IMG/VR virus record: IMGVR_UViG_3300020469_000060
Location: 1-54,686 of that record
Length of the DNA stretch: 54,686 nt
Reading direction: 5' to 3' (one strand)
DNA from: a virus
Taxonomy: Duplodnaviria > Caudoviricetes
The notes beneath the pieces are model-generated. The model had not been told where the DNA came from and searched no databases. It worked only from the letters and a program-made list of their open reading frames with translations. The stretch's first letter is position 1. Each line of letters opens with the position of its first letter. Positions 30,301-42,400 of the stretch are shown piece after piece. Made by a program: the position numbers and the translations under genes.

Positions 30301-31812
30301 TGCACCTTTTATAAAAGTAGGAACAGTTAAAGTGTGTGCTTGGTTTAGGGTAATGAGTGTAAATGGTTGTACGTCAAATAGGGAAAGACCCCACTCATTA
30401 GTATTTGAATTATCTGTAGAATATGAACCAGACTCTAATTTAAAGTCATATACTCTAGCAACACCAACTTCGTTCCCAGGAGCTACTGCAGAATCCTGAA
30501 CTTCTTCGCAACGAGAATCTCTCAAACTTAAAACAAAGGTCTTACCAACGCCAATTTCATTTGGTGTTCTGAATACTCTATTGAGTTTTAATGTTGTTCC
30601 GGTATTATATGATAATGACTCACCATCTACATCTCTTGTAGTTCTTGGTTTATCAAGATCGATAAAAGTCGGAGTTGTAGTTTCAATCTCATATCCTTTT
30701 ACATATGCCTTTCCTGAAGATACTTTAAGGATAGCTAAATCTTCAGATGCTAAAGAACCACCATAAGTAAAATCTCCTGCAGAGAGTAATCCACCATTTC
30801 CTTGATTATTATTTAAAGAGTTTACTACAGATACATCAAAAGGTTTTACTGCGTAATGACCACTCTCATCAAAAGTTCTTTGTGCAAGTGTATCAACTAA
30901 ATCTTCACGGAATACTTGATTTGATCCTCCATTTGTAGATTTAATTTGAGTCCTTAAAACCCCATCTTCAATAACTGCCAATTCGACAAAATTATTATCA
31001 TCAAAATCATCAAGTGGTTTTTTGAAGAGACTTACAGAAATTTTGAGTCTATCTGCTCCAGGTGCGGCAAAATTATTGAACCCCTGAGAGTTATCATTAA
31101 GACTTTCATCTAAATCGGAAGTTATAATTTCTTCTCTAATTTGAAGACCAATCCTATAATTTGGTCTATTAGTGTATTGATCAAGAATTAAAGTTTCCGT
31201 ATCTACTTGAACAAAATGACCTCTAATAAAGTATACACCTTGTTGAATTTGGAATGCAGAACCAATAGAACTTGCATTTTGTACAAAAGTTACTGCAAAT
31301 GGACTATTTGCGGGAATTGTAGAATTTCCTAAAAGATTGGAATTGATTGATGTGCTACAAACTAATTCTTCATTGTCAAAAAATTGCTCGGTCGCATTAT
31401 TTGATGTATTTGAATTTAAATAATTTATATAAAGTGTTAAATTTCCATTTGAAGAATCGTTTGGAAGAAGAACACTATCTACAACAGCAGTTACACCAGA
31501 CTGTTGACCTGTAATTTTTAGACCTACAAGTTGATCTGCATAAGCAGCAACAGGAACACCTTGGAAGGTATTATTTAACTGGACATTATAATAAAGCTGA
31601 GTGTATCCAGTATTACCTGGAATTACTTTTGATCCTTCCTTAAAGAAGTGCTGCCCAAACTTTTCGATCTGATTTTGTAAGATCGATTGAAGAGATGTTA
31701 ATTCTCTTGCCTGTACTGGATAACCAGGTTTGAATAATACTTTATGAAAATCACTAGACGGATCGTAATCATCAAAATATGGCGATACGTTGAGATTAGT
31801 TTGTTGTGGCAT
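24301..31812 (-). CDS. Large virion structural protein (VrlC/DUF4815-like)
   Basis: 2503 aa; NLNVSPYFDD, VLFKPG.PVQARELT.LQS.LQ.Q, APGADRLKI, RY.M.DI..LE.RI..LEYYTSLSLLE, DPLAQTF and PRVKDLR.IALA motifs. Confidence 0.9.
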   Translation of the reverse strand: MPQQTNLNVSPYFDDYDPSSDFHKVLFKPGYPVQARELTSLQSILQNQIEKFGQHFFKEGSKVIPGNTGYTQLYYNVQLNNTFQGVPVAAYADQLVGLKITGQQSGVTAVVDSVLLPNDSSNGNLTLYINYLNSNTSNNATEQFFDNEELVCSTSINSNLLGNSTIPANSPFAVTFVQNASSIGSAFQIQQGVYFIRGHFVQVDTETLILDQYTNRPNYRIGLQIREEIITSDLDESLNDNSQGFNNFAAPGADRLKISVSLFKKPLDDFDDNNFVELAVIEDGVLRTQIKSTNGGSNQVFREDLVDTLAQRTFDESGHYAVKPFDVSVVNSLNNNQGNGGLLSAGDFTYGGSLASEDLAILKVSSGKAYVKGYEIETTTPTFIDLDKPRTTRDVDGESLSYNTGTTLKLNRVFRTPNEIGVGKTFVLSLRDSRCEEVQDSAVAPGNEVGVARVYDFKLESGSYSTDNSNTNEWGLSLFDVQPFTLITLNQAHTLTVPTFIKGANSGATGFLREPVSTSANIIVYDRNGSFIENEPLIFDGVANGRVAIAVTEKSIADIKSVFGTDDGLVGINTFAGDVVQTKAFNVGVATVSDVGNVQSANPRFLDNVRVGDLLTYSNLDTSNDKTMVKVTAVSNTGVTVTGIHTVAGVVHGGLHSSGVVNVSDMNIVRTGLDKSSDNTLYTKLSKQNIATINLNESIITIRKSFPISILANGSINTASSPEAGANEIFLPFTAERYSLIRDDDGTTIELTADKMSFNFDRTKLENIFNTGTGSGTATLLTTLTKSKPKSKVKIKTNVSSIVISKSRIEGSGIGATTLNNGLDHGNYPYGTRVEDELISLNVPDVLEIHGIYESNGINDPVAPTMTFSSVISQTSTTQDVLDGEILIGQTSGAIAVCVGKPGSASASYIVNNQIDFIEGETVIFQQSLVEGIISSIVEESFNISSNFTFSTGQQKTIYSYGSIKRRSSSAAPTKKIRVYFASAGYGTADSGDLTTVESYNSFDYATEIQSVDGISNSDIIDIRPRVSIYTVTEGARSPLEFAGRTFNQSGNSAANSLASQESLIFDFSYFLGRIDRLFLTKDGKFQIVYGTPADKPEPPVAIDDAMELATIKLPPYLFNPEQASLKFLENKRYRMSDIKQLENRIRNLEYYTSLSLLESKTESSFISDSDGLNRFKSGFFVDNFNSFKSQETKATLNNSIDRKNKELRPKHYTNSVDLVLGPVEEVASTTDFKFNVIEGENVARSNDILTLDYAEVDWLQQTFATRSETITPFTVSFWQGTIELTPASDTWVDTVRVQTRIIETEGNYAATVDYYERTNELDAQTGFIPILWDSWETNWTGVLDTVESESRAATDAISESTKKLDGTQGPGQWVRRNSTTISQEELQETFDIGTESRGGTRTIVHEEYEKTSVNDRSVSRDLVPFMRSRNIEFISKKLKPGTKVFPFFDGIDVSRYCVPKLIEITMTSGTFTVGENIRSVPIKKGIISPKFYARVAQINHKEGPYDAATKTYLENPYNGQLIPSSYNSTSTILNIDTYSLSNETQGLYYGYVEVGTLLVGESSGATATVSDLKLVVDNTSSLIGSFYIPETTTSYHPRFESGIRSFTLSSNITNDAENVTTTASELYSATGIIQNEGSIRNVRLEDKKEFGQQTVSKSSGTQIVGTSVVNRTSPDTITAWYDPLAQTFTVDDETGIFLTRCDIFFRSKDDMEIPITLQIRTVEGGIPTSRVLPLSEVILDPDEVSISNDSSIATSFTFKAPIYLEGRKEYAICLSTNSTKYSTFIARIGQDDFLTDTLISSQPFLGSLFKSQNASGWEASQWEDLKFNLYRAEFEASGTIDVYSPELTKGNRQIANLLPDSIELKSRRLRIGLSSTFDVTNTHTLGNTFDQSSTNASGNLIGVGGSATGTLTLSNVGVGYTPSSGNSETRTVDIVNISGNGSGAQVSLTVQNGVAIGATITGNGGTGYQVGDVITPTTAAYGAVGRDMKLTLGNIGATNTIVLDNVIGEFVTGVANTMFYTDSTSRKELNSTSGGGVNIVSINNDTVDSDGLHIKINHTNHGMYFADNRVDISGVESDVVPTKLSLAYETGSQGAISVESSANFVNFEGVPVANNNAGYIKIGDEIIEYTAVSGNNIGGTITRGANRASYPAGTLVYKYELSGVNLARINKIHDMNQVTIADPISLDSYYIKLDMSELFNANNLDRSVERQNDTFPRLYIQDTKSTGGYNIGATQNIPYEIVTPMIHSQTVQGSTISAQLRSTTSTGISGNEIPFVDSGFEPVTLNKPNFLTSPKAIFSKVNETQKLTAIPGNKSMSLRMFLNSVDTRVSPVIDAQRMNTILSTNRINNSVTDYITDSRVNTIDSDPSAFQYISRELSLENSASSIKIILNGYINTYSDIRAFYCVSDQPTANPVFAPFPGYLNFKPNGEIVSLKDSDGQSDTLIQKTNVLDFNSNNLEFKEYTFTMDNLQPFRFYRIKLVLSSTNQVYVPRVKDLRVIALA

Positions 31813-31818
31813 AATCCT

Positions 31819-33381
31819 TTAGAACTGCAAAATAATTTTTATGTCTTCCTTTTGATTTGACGATCTAATAATAGAAGGTCTATTATCAACGTAAATAATG
31901 TTACCAGATTGTTTTTGAACTTCCGGTAACGCAATCCCGTCTTGGAACTCTATTCCAAAATAATATGTCCTATTATTTATTACTGTAGAGACACCCGTAT
32001 AACTACTATCAATTGACAATGAAGAATTTGTTCCATTATCAGGAATAACTGTAAGATTTCCACTCACATCAGGTGAACTTGTAAACTCAGATAAATCAAA
32101 TCCATATCTAGGTTTGATAATATCAGTACCATCTACTGTATTAAAACCTACTAGATTTCTATCCTGCCAAAATTTTAAAACTCCTGTAGTTTGATCATAA
32201 TTAACAACTCTACCAAAAGCAGTTGTCCCAAGAGAAATTGTTTGCGAAATAAATGAGTTTGCTACAAACTCTGCAGTACTATACCCTGCTCCAACTAACT
32301 TTAATGCACCAACAACACTTGCTTTTGATTTATTTAAAATTGTTGAAGAACCTAATTCCGTAGGATTTTCTACAATACCAACTCTTGCAATTTTATTGCC
32401 AGTAACAAAATCTGGATCTTGGGTATCATTTTCAATTCTTGCATATAGTAATAAATTTGATGCACCAAGTTCTTTATAAATGTCTTTACCATGACCACCT
32501 TGTGGAGGAATGATAACATCAAATGTTGGTCTAGTAGTTCCTGTCGGAACACCTCCTGCAACTAAATCTACAGTTCCATAAGTATATCCACTACCTTGGT
32601 TAGAAACCTCTACAGAACTAACTTGAGAATTCTCATCGACAGTAATAGTACATTGAGCACCAATACCATCTCCCCTAATTGGAACATCCCTATATTGTAA
32701 GTTTGCTGCTCCTATATTAAGACCTTTATTTGTTACTGTAACAATCTTGATAGACCCCCCAACAGCATTATCTCTAACAAGAGCATTATCCGAAGAAGTT
32801 TCCCAGTTGTTGGGAACGGGCATAAATTCAGTAGAATCAAATTTTATAATATCTGCAGGACTTAACGTATACAAATATTTCCAAATATAATCATCACCAC
32901 TAGAACCAGCAATTCTAGGTTCTAAATCAGTAAAAAGTGGTTCATCAAGAGATGGTTTTCCTGCTGGGTTATCGGGACTAGTTCCATTTTGTAAACAGAT
33001 GTAGACTCTAAAGTCTCTATTCATTACATAGAAAAATGACGAATATAGGTTTGTAGAACTTGAAACTGCAGCAGTGTTATTAACATTAATATCATGACGA
33101 TACATGTCATACTTCACACCAGAAGACCAAATTCTTTTTGGAATAACGTGCATAATATCTGAAGAAGTAATTTTCTTCATTGCAAGCATAGAATCCCAAT
33201 GGTTATTTTCATTATCAAAACTATCTCTTGGAGAAGGTGGTGAAGTTTCCCAATTAGAATCATAATCAGTAGAATTTGGTAAACCAACAAAAGTGTAATA
33301 AGAATTAGTGCTGGTTACAACACCAGCACGAAAATTCTTAGCATTCAAAATTCTAATTTGATCAGTAATTATTGCAGACAT
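31819..33381 (-). CDS. gp8: Baseplate wedge subunit gp8
   Basis: MSAIITDQ.RI.NA, W.SG..YDMYR, FYV.N....VY.C, WKYLY and SG..IY.DNR..I.R..NQKEDIKI..QF motifs. Confidence 0.93.
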   Translation of the reverse strand: MSAIITDQIRILNAKNFRAGVVTSTNSYYTFVGLPNSTDYDSNWETSPPSPRDSFDNENNHWDSMLAMKKITSSDIMHVIPKRIWSSGVKYDMYRHDINVNNTAAVSSSTNLYSSFFYVMNRDFRVYICLQNGTSPDNPAGKPSLDEPLFTDLEPRIAGSSGDDYIWKYLYTLSPADIIKFDSTEFMPVPNNWETSSDNALVRDNAVGGSIKIVTVTNKGLNIGAANLQYRDVPIRGDGIGAQCTITVDENSQVSSVEVSNQGSGYTYGTVDLVAGGVPTGTTRPTFDVIIPPQGGHGKDIYKELGASNLLLYARIENDTQDPDFVTGNKIARVGIVENPTELGSSTILNKSKASVVGALKLVGAGYSTAEFVANSFISQTISLGTTAFGRVVNYDQTTGVLKFWQDRNLVGFNTVDGTDIIKPRYGFDLSEFTSSPDVSGNLTVIPDNGTNSSLSIDSSYTGVSTVINNRTYYFGIEFQDGIALPEVQKQSGNIIYVDNRPSIIRSSNQKEDIKIILQF

Positions 33382-33399
33382 TTTGCCACAGTTTTTCTT

Positions 33400-33407
33400 T
33401 ATTTATT
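33400..33407 (-). promoter_or_regulatory. Late promoter AATAAATA for gp8
   Basis: NATAAATA in the intergenic region. Confidence 0.7.
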
Positions 33408-33423
33408 AGAGATATTATCTCGT

Positions 33424-36400
33424 TTATCCATAATTTACGAATCTCAGTGGTTCAGACCTTAAAATATTAGGTGATGTTGAAATTCCACCAATACCTTGCA
33501 TATTATATGCACTATATCCAATAGCAGTTTGTCTAGTCTCCACAGAAATTCTTCCCCAACTATATGAACCTTGATAGTTAGATGTTGTCATTCCAGTAGT
33601 TCCATTAAAATTAGCATCAAAATCAAATCCTACTGGAGGATTATCAACTTTTGCACGCACTCTTACTACTGCTGTTCCTATTCCACCAATAACTTTAGAA
33701 ATTGTTGATACTTCTACCGGTTCATAAACTCCATCAAGATATGAAGTACTTATCCCTAAAACATTACCTTCGCCATCATAAGATGTTATTGATGTAGTTG
33801 CAGATCCAATATTTGAATTATATAGAATAAATGCATCACCAACATCAATTTGAGTAATTGTTATGCCGATTCCGGGAGTGTACTTATGAGTTGTACCATT
33901 TTCTGCAACTGTAAAGGAATTGAGACCAAATACAACATCATTTGCTGGAATGTATAGGTCAAATAACGCAAATGTATCTGCTCCAATTGCTGTTGTTGCA
34001 AATCCAACAACAGTTCCAGAATCGCCACGATATCCTCCTGGGTAGTATACATTACATTCTTCAAAATTTTCCGATTCTGGTGGAGAAATTAAGACCTTTG
34101 GAGTGGATAATGTTGAATAACCAACTCCACCAGCATTTGTTATTGTAATGCCGGTAACAACTCCATTGGTAATAGTAGCACTAGCAGATGCTGTTGTAGT
34201 TGTTCCAATACCAACACCAGTTATGCTTGCTATACTTACGTTGGGAATATTCACATAACCCTTTCCACCATTTGTTATTGCAACTGAAGAAACAGTTCCT
34301 GCTGCAGAAACTGTTGCAGTCGCGGTTGCAGATTGCTTTTCAACTAATTGATGTATCTTGATTTTATCTTGGAAAAGTAATGACGTAGTATTTTCATTAT
34401 TTTGATTAAATACTGGTCTGGCAGTATCTAAGTGGAAAACAGTAGAACCAATACCCACAGATTTAATTAAGTTTGCTGACGGTAAAATATTAGGTTCATA
34501 GAATTTTCTTGATTTGGAAACTACAAGACCATCAATTATTCTATCTTCAGTTTGACGACACCAATCTACTGGTCTAGTTAACTCAACATCACTAGTATTT
34601 CCTGGACCATAATATGGAAATGTCTCTACAGTGTCTGTGGTAACAATATCATTAACAATTCTAGGATCTTCATTTAATCTAATATCATTAGACTTTATTC
34701 TAAGATCATCACCTATCTTGACAGTTTCAATAACTTCTTTAGTAACAACATCAGTTCCAGCTCCATTTCCTTTATAGAAAACAATTCTTAAGAAATCACC
34801 AACTCTAGGTGCTTCAGTAAAACGTATTCTATTACCCCCAGCAAATAAATAAGATTCTCCTGGAACTTGAAGAATATTATTCAGGAACACCAATAATAAT
34901 TGTGCTGGATCAATCTTAGATCCTCTAGATGCTATAATTGAAATTCTTTCGCCATTTCTAATCAACGGGAAGAGTTTTCTCTTACTGTCAATATAAGCAT
35001 TAACATTATCTAAAACTTCAAGTTCTCCAAGACTCCAACCATTAAAGTTGTCGTCAAAAGTTTTATCAATAGTAAGTTTAAATTCTTCAAAGTTTGAAGA
35101 ACCTGTAGTAGGAATACCAGTTTGTCCTCCTATTGGAATAGTTAAAATGTCTCCATTTCCATATGCATATCCAGTATTTGTAAATTCAAAAGAAACAACA
35201 CTAGACCCATTTCCAACTACAACATTAACTCTTGCTTGAGTACCGACTCCCGTTAGAGTATTTTCATCTGAATATACTAAAGGAATATTTGAATATGGTA
35301 ATGGTTCATCAAATATAATATCAGGAAGAACAGTATCAGATCCAATACCAATGTTAAGATTAAATCCAGGATTAGTAATATTGACGCTAGTAGAGATATT
35401 ACCAGTTCCAGTTATAACAGTTGTAAAACCAATATGCTGAATAGATGTAGTTGCCGTACTAACAATAGCACCTTCATCGGAAGAAACAAATGTATGTGTA
35501 TATTGACCACCAGTACGAACAGCATTTGATGTAGCACTTACAAATGTATGAATACCAGCAGAAACAGTAGCTGGATTAGTTCCGACATTAACAGTAATTG
35601 TAGTGGCAGTTACAGCAGAAATATCAAGAGTTGTATTTGCTGCAGGATCTGTCGCTCTAGGATATGTGTGATTAGAACCATGACTATCTTGAGCGCAAGT
35701 AAAGGTTAATGAATCAGTTTCAAGAGATATACCTCGATCGACAACTAAATTATGACTACCAATTGTAAGTTCTAAGTCTCCAGTATTATGATCATATGTA
35801 GCATCTGAAATATTAAAATATACAAAGGTTGAAAAACCAACAAAGGTTTGTATATTTTCGCCAGAAACATCCTCAAGCCTTAAAGGTCTATTCCACGAAT
35901 TTGTATCAAGATTTGGTCTGGGGTATGTTTTAACCCTAGTATTATTGTCACTACTACAAGTAAATCTTAGACTATTATCATTAATCGTAATGTAATCGCC
36001 TTGATTTAATTCATGATCTATTGGAATAGTTAGAGACAGAATTCCAGTTGTACCATCATAATCTGCATCCAATACATTATATGTAAGACCAGAAACTGCT
36101 CCTGAACTAATATTACTCGTAGCAGCACTAACATTAACAATACCATATGGAAGTGTCACTCCAATGCTTACCTGAGTTCCGGAGGGAATATCAAGTAAAG
36201 TTGGATTGCCTATAGTAAGATTGACTGAAGTGTTTCCAACTCCAATACTTGCAACTTTAGAAAGAGATGCTTTCTTAATTGTACCAATACCAATATAAGT
36301 ATTCGTCCCGTCATAAACTTCATTAAGAATACCGAATACACTATTTTGGTTATCAATAAAGATTTCTGTTGTACCAGCAGAAACTATGTGATTTGTTTCT

Positions 36401-39400
36401 GTTAAAATTTCTAGAAACTCATTATTTCTATAACCACTTCCAGTATTGCCTATAGAAGAGTTGGTGCCAGTACCAGTAAAGTTAAATGAAATTACTGTTC
36501 CAAGACCCGAAATAGACACCGTAGCAGCTGCCGAAACCAGTGGTTGATACCCAAAACCTTCAGATGAACCAATTGATTGTATAATACCAGCAACAGGGAA
36601 ACTACTAATACCAACATCTTCTGATAATATTTTAGGATTACCAGTAAATATCGCACTAGTAATTCCAGCAACTTCATCAAGACGATAATCTTCGTCCACT
36701 GTTACTCCTGGAAGTTGGAAAACTCCATTCACCAACATTACTGCATTATTAGTTGCAATTCCAGTAATTGGAACTCCATCATCATCACGAATTTCAAAAA
36801 TTGAATTAATAGCATTAAATCTATCAGATATATCCTGGAAGACATGATTATTGGTATATGTATCAGTTGTTGCCGAAGTAATTTTACCTCTCATGTAACT
36901 TCTTCCACTAAACGTAGATCCTTTTGCAACTCCCTGCCAATCAATTTCGCTAGAAACATTAGGATCACTTACAGGTTCAAGACCATAAGGTGCTTCAGAG
37001 AAACTTATTGTACTATTGGTAATATTATAATTTCCACTAATTTTAGTAATTAAAGATCCTGCGGGGTGGTTTAAGAACCGTGTTCCAAGTCTTGCTCTTC
37101 TAACACTAATTCTAGTTTCACTGCCAGCAACGCCAACTCCAGTAATCTTCATAAGTTCATCATTAATTTTAATATCATCCCCACCAAAGAATGATGTAAC
37201 ACCTACAAATTCAAGAATATCTGTAGTAGAAAGAGCAGTAACTCTAAGTGAACTAGTAATCGCTGTAGATACAATAGGACTTTGAATAAAGTTATCAAGT
37301 GTTACAATAACTCTAGAATTTTGATCGGTTGTCAATAATCTATGAGAAGTTCCACTCCCGACCGTAGTGAAATCTATAAATGTTGGGGTAGGAAGAAGAG
37401 CTGCTTGAGGACTTGTTGCCAATCCAATAGTATCATCATCAACTTTAATTACAAATAAATTTTCGCCATCATTTGGAAGTAATGTTGTTTGACCAACTCC
37501 AGTAATAAATGTTTGAGCAATGCCAATCGCAGAAGATTTGTCATTAATATCATTTCTAAAATAACTAACTTTTTCTCCAGATATAAAGAAATGATTTGGT
37601 AACTTAATAATATTATCTGTTACGCTAACTACTCCAACATTGCCCCCATCAAACCAAAATTCGAATATGTCTTGCTTATCGTGAGTTAGATCAAAGTCAG
37701 TCTTAACTGCATTAAATGTTCCAATATAATCATCTCTATCTCCAGTAATAACTCCATTTGTAAAATCGAGATGAGTATCAACATCATCACTTGAAGCAGA
37801 CTTTAGGTGATGAGCTAAAACATTAACTTCAGTCTCAATATTTGCATTTGGAGTAAAGTGTACATTTAATCCAAAACCAGTTGAATCTATTTCTGCACCA
37901 AATGTACCCAAACCGGAAGAGGTGCGTAGACCTGCAAATTCTACTATGTAACTTTCGCTACTAACACCAACAGCATCAATTGTTTCGACGACAATTATTT
38001 CTAAAGATTCATGTTCATTATTTGTTTTATCAGAAACGTTAACATATAACTTAGTAGCATGATATTCTTCCGAATTTTCAATAAAACGATATCCACTAAT
38101 AGTATTGATTCCTGGGGATGCTGAAGATGGAATGTTAGTAGATCTAGCTTCAAGTTTTGCATGATTCATATTATAAGTTGAAATTCCTGTTGTTGCAGTT
38201 TGTGCGAGACCAACCTGAATAGTATTAATTACTGCAGTTGTTCCAATTCCTGCATTAGGAATAAATTCAACTATAATATTATTATTATCAAGATATTGCC
38301 AGAAAGTTCCATATCCAACGTTGTCAGGACTGCTACCAAGAGTTGTAAATAACTGTCCAAAACCATCATCACCATGATTATACACTTCCGTTCCATTATG
38401 AAGTAAATTTAACTGTGTGAATGCAAATTCTTCATTTTGAGAACCACTATCGGGATTAATAGAAACCATAACAGATAGTGCATTATACGTGCTTCCAATG
38501 GAAACAATAGTAACTCCAGTTCCAACACTATTAAATTTGGTACTCGATGTATTGATTACAGCAATATCACCAAAAGAACTATTTCCTATGCCAGCAAATT
38601 CATCGTCAATTTTGTAAGAAATATAAGAAATATTAAAATCATTAAAATCTACTTTTTCATCTACAGGATAAAATCTAACAAAACCTTGTCCTGCCGAAAT
38701 ACCAAAATCAAGAGAACCTAGAGTTTTATCTGTGGTATTAGTTATACCATATTCGTTACTGTAGCTATAATTATCATCATGAATTACATCAAAGATTGAT
38801 ACTTGTCTTTCTGAAGTAAATCTCTTATCTCTAGCAAGGACAATGTATCTTAAAAATCTATGACTATCTAAGTTAAATACGTCAAGGTCAACATATTCTT
38901 CTGTTCTTGGTCTATGGTTAAAGTAAGGACTAATGTCATCTATCGCCAAGACTCTGTTACCAATTGCTTCATCAAAAGAAGATATGAATCTAGATTCAAA
39001 AATTATATTAGTTGAAATTAAATCATCACCAAGTTCAGCATAATCTTCTCTTACTAAATCAAAATCATTTACACAATTAATATCCATTACTCCTACAATG
39101 TCTTTAATTAAATTGACATATGAAGAACCTTTAGTTGGTGAAGTTGTAAACGAAGATTGATTTTGATAAGATTCAAGTTGATAATTAGCAAACTTTTTGT
39201 AACCTGCAACGTGAGTCATTGCAGAAATTGGATCATTCCACTTTTGTAAAGGTACAGTAGATTTTAGAGAATATGAGAAATTTTGATAATAATCATTATC
39301 GGGAATTCTTTGAAGGTCATTATTCAAGAAACCTGCAATTTGCTTCCATCCCTTGTCTCTTTTTATAGTACTTCCATACTTACCATATGCTTTGAATGGG

Positions 39401-42400
39401 AATATATTTTCATCAATTAATCCTCTAGATTTTGAAGTAACTCCAGTAATTTTTTCGTTTGCAATAAATTCATCAGTAGAGTTAATTTTGAGAATTGAAT
39501 ATTCTTCGTCCCAATCTTCAACTATAGCTGTTTTGTTGCCAGATTTAATTATTTCATCAACAATAAATTTATTTTGTTTAATATCTACAGTAAAAATTGG
39601 GAAATCTCTTTGAGGAAGTAATCTTGGAGTAGATGCAATTTTATCAAATTCAATAACACTCAATCCAGTCCCTAATTGATCTCCAATACTAAACGTAACA
39701 ACTCCTGCTGCTCCACCAATGTTAGGATCAACCGCAGTAATGGTGAATAAATCATAATTATATTCATAACTGTTAAACCCTCGCTCAGAAGAACCAATAC
39801 CAGGATTACATCCCTCAACCATCAGTTTTTCACCAACAACAAATGGATAGTAATCTCCAGTAGAATATTCTGTTTTTATAGTTGCTGCAACTGTTCTTGT
39901 TGTTGGATCATATACCATACCATTACTGAGAGGACCGACATCAACTGGAACACCAGCACCAGATTTAATCGGATAAATCTTTGGTAGAACATTATTCATT
40001 CCATAAGTATTCTTAAGAATCTCTACTTTAGATTCTTTACTATTAAATCTAAGATCAATATCTTCTACAATTTTACCAGTAATTCCATCAACAACAATTA
40101 AATTTTTAGCGTCAAGATAACCTCTACCAAGAGAAGAAATTCCAATAGATTCAATAGAAGTAAATGGAGTAATACGTAAAGATTGTGAGTAGAAAAATAT
40201 TGGATTAAGTGTTTGATCCGATGGGAAATCATATCCATAATCAGTAATTTCGATATCTTCAATTTTTCCAATATCAGAACTTTGCAGTTCTAATACGGAT
40301 CCAAAACCATTTGTAGTTGTAACTGTAGTTAATCCAGGAAGAACCTTATAGTTTTCACCAGTATTCAGCATTTCTATTTCAGTGATTGATCCATCTGTAT
40401 GAGTACAATCAGTTATATACGATAATGATGCGTTATCAGAAGTATATAAATCATTTTCAGGAACTTTACTCAAACTATAAGTAAAGCTGGTAGCAGTAGA
40501 AACTGTTACTTTATGCGAACCTGAGTACGCACTATCCATAATTGTAATGGAACCTGCGCCAGATACAGATTTATCAAGATATACACCTTTTTTAGATTCT
40601 TGTAGTGGAACTCCAGGAGTATATTTGGGAAGTAAATTATAATAAAGTTCTTTTGGTGTGGTATCATCAACATTTAAAATTATCGTTGAATCTTGACCAA
40701 CTCTTCCAGTTTTTATTACTTTAAATTCAGTATCTGTTGAATTTTTTGTCCAGGGTTTTGTAAATGTATTATCTTCATAAAAATCTAAATCAAATGCAGG
40801 ATAGTCATTTTGAAAATAAGTATACTTTAAAGATTCATCTGATAAGTCAAATTTAACTATACTATATCCCTCAACATCAATTTTAGGATTAACTGGACTT
40901 AAAGTTCCCGTAGTGGTTGCTATACCAACAACAGTAATCGGTTGCTCTAGTTGAGAATTATATAAGGTTTCCGAAAGTTTAAAATTATCCTTATCAATTT
41001 TGACTGAATAATATGCAGTATTATGATTAAATGCCGCTAGTGCTTTATCACTAGTATGGATAAGTTTATCTCCCGTCGAGAAACCATGGTCTTCAATGTT
41101 AACAATTCCGGTAATTGTATCAATACCAAGAGGTTCAAACGTTTTTGGATTTATTATAATATTTCTATTATAATCATCATATTTTACAACTACAGTTTTT
41201 TCAATCTTAGGTTTAATGTCAAATACAATTCTATGCCCAGAACTTAATCCATGAGTAGTTGCAGTACTAACTGTTACTTTATTACTAACTACATTTGCTG
41301 TAATTTTTGGATACTGAGTAGTAAAACTATGATATGAACTATTTCCAGCGCCGACAAAATATACTAGTCCAATATTATTGGTTGACGCTGCAACTCCCAC
41401 AAATGTCCCTGTAGAACCAATACCAACTTTAACTGTAGAAATTCCAATAAAATCTTTATTAAATTTTGCAACATAGTAACTTCTGTCATCAATAAAATCA
41501 GATCCAAAACCAATAGATGTAGTAGTATCTTCATAACTAATTGAAACTGCATCACTTCGATTTTTATTATATTTGACAATATCACCTGTTTGAAGATTGT
41601 GATCTTTTATATAAATTTTTTGCGGTAAAACAAATACATTTGTTGCTCCAGTACCAGGATTTGCAAAACTTATAGTAACTCCTAAACCTGGATTTGAAAT
41701 ACTAGGAGATAATCCTACAGATTCAACAGGATTAAAATAAATTTCTCTATTTAATTTAAATTTAAAAGAATTGTCATAATCAGAATTAAACAAAAATTTA
41801 TTTTGTAAAATTGTTGCTGCAGTTCCTACAAGGTGAATTGGTGAAGATGTTCCATCAATACCTCTGAGAATTCTAAGTCTACCTGATTGTTTTTCGACAT
41901 TAAGAACCTTAACCTTTTCATCAGATATTTGAAGAATATCATTTTCTCTAATTTTATCAAAATTGGTATTGTTAACATACAGATATGCAGGAGAACCACT
42001 ATTGCCAATAATATCTAAAGCATAAGTCGTTGTTCCAAGACCAACAAGAGTACATTCTGTTGCAGGAACAGTTACTGTATAACTTCCTTTATATGGAGAT
42101 TTTACTGTTGAAAAATTTGAAAGGGTTACTATATCTTTATCACTATAGTCATGGGGACTTGTTCCAATAGCAATAAACTCGCCTTTTTTTGTAGATGGAT
42201 AAAGATCTATATTATTATATACTGTACTACATGCAATACTTGATATCTTTTTGCCTTCAATAAAAGATACTCTAGCAGCAATACCAGATCCTCCAGATTT
42301 AGTTTGATCAAAAACTAATCTATCGTTTACTTTATATAAATCTCCACCACTTAATATTTTTACAGAATCAACCTTTCCTCTACGAACTGTATTTGTAGTT

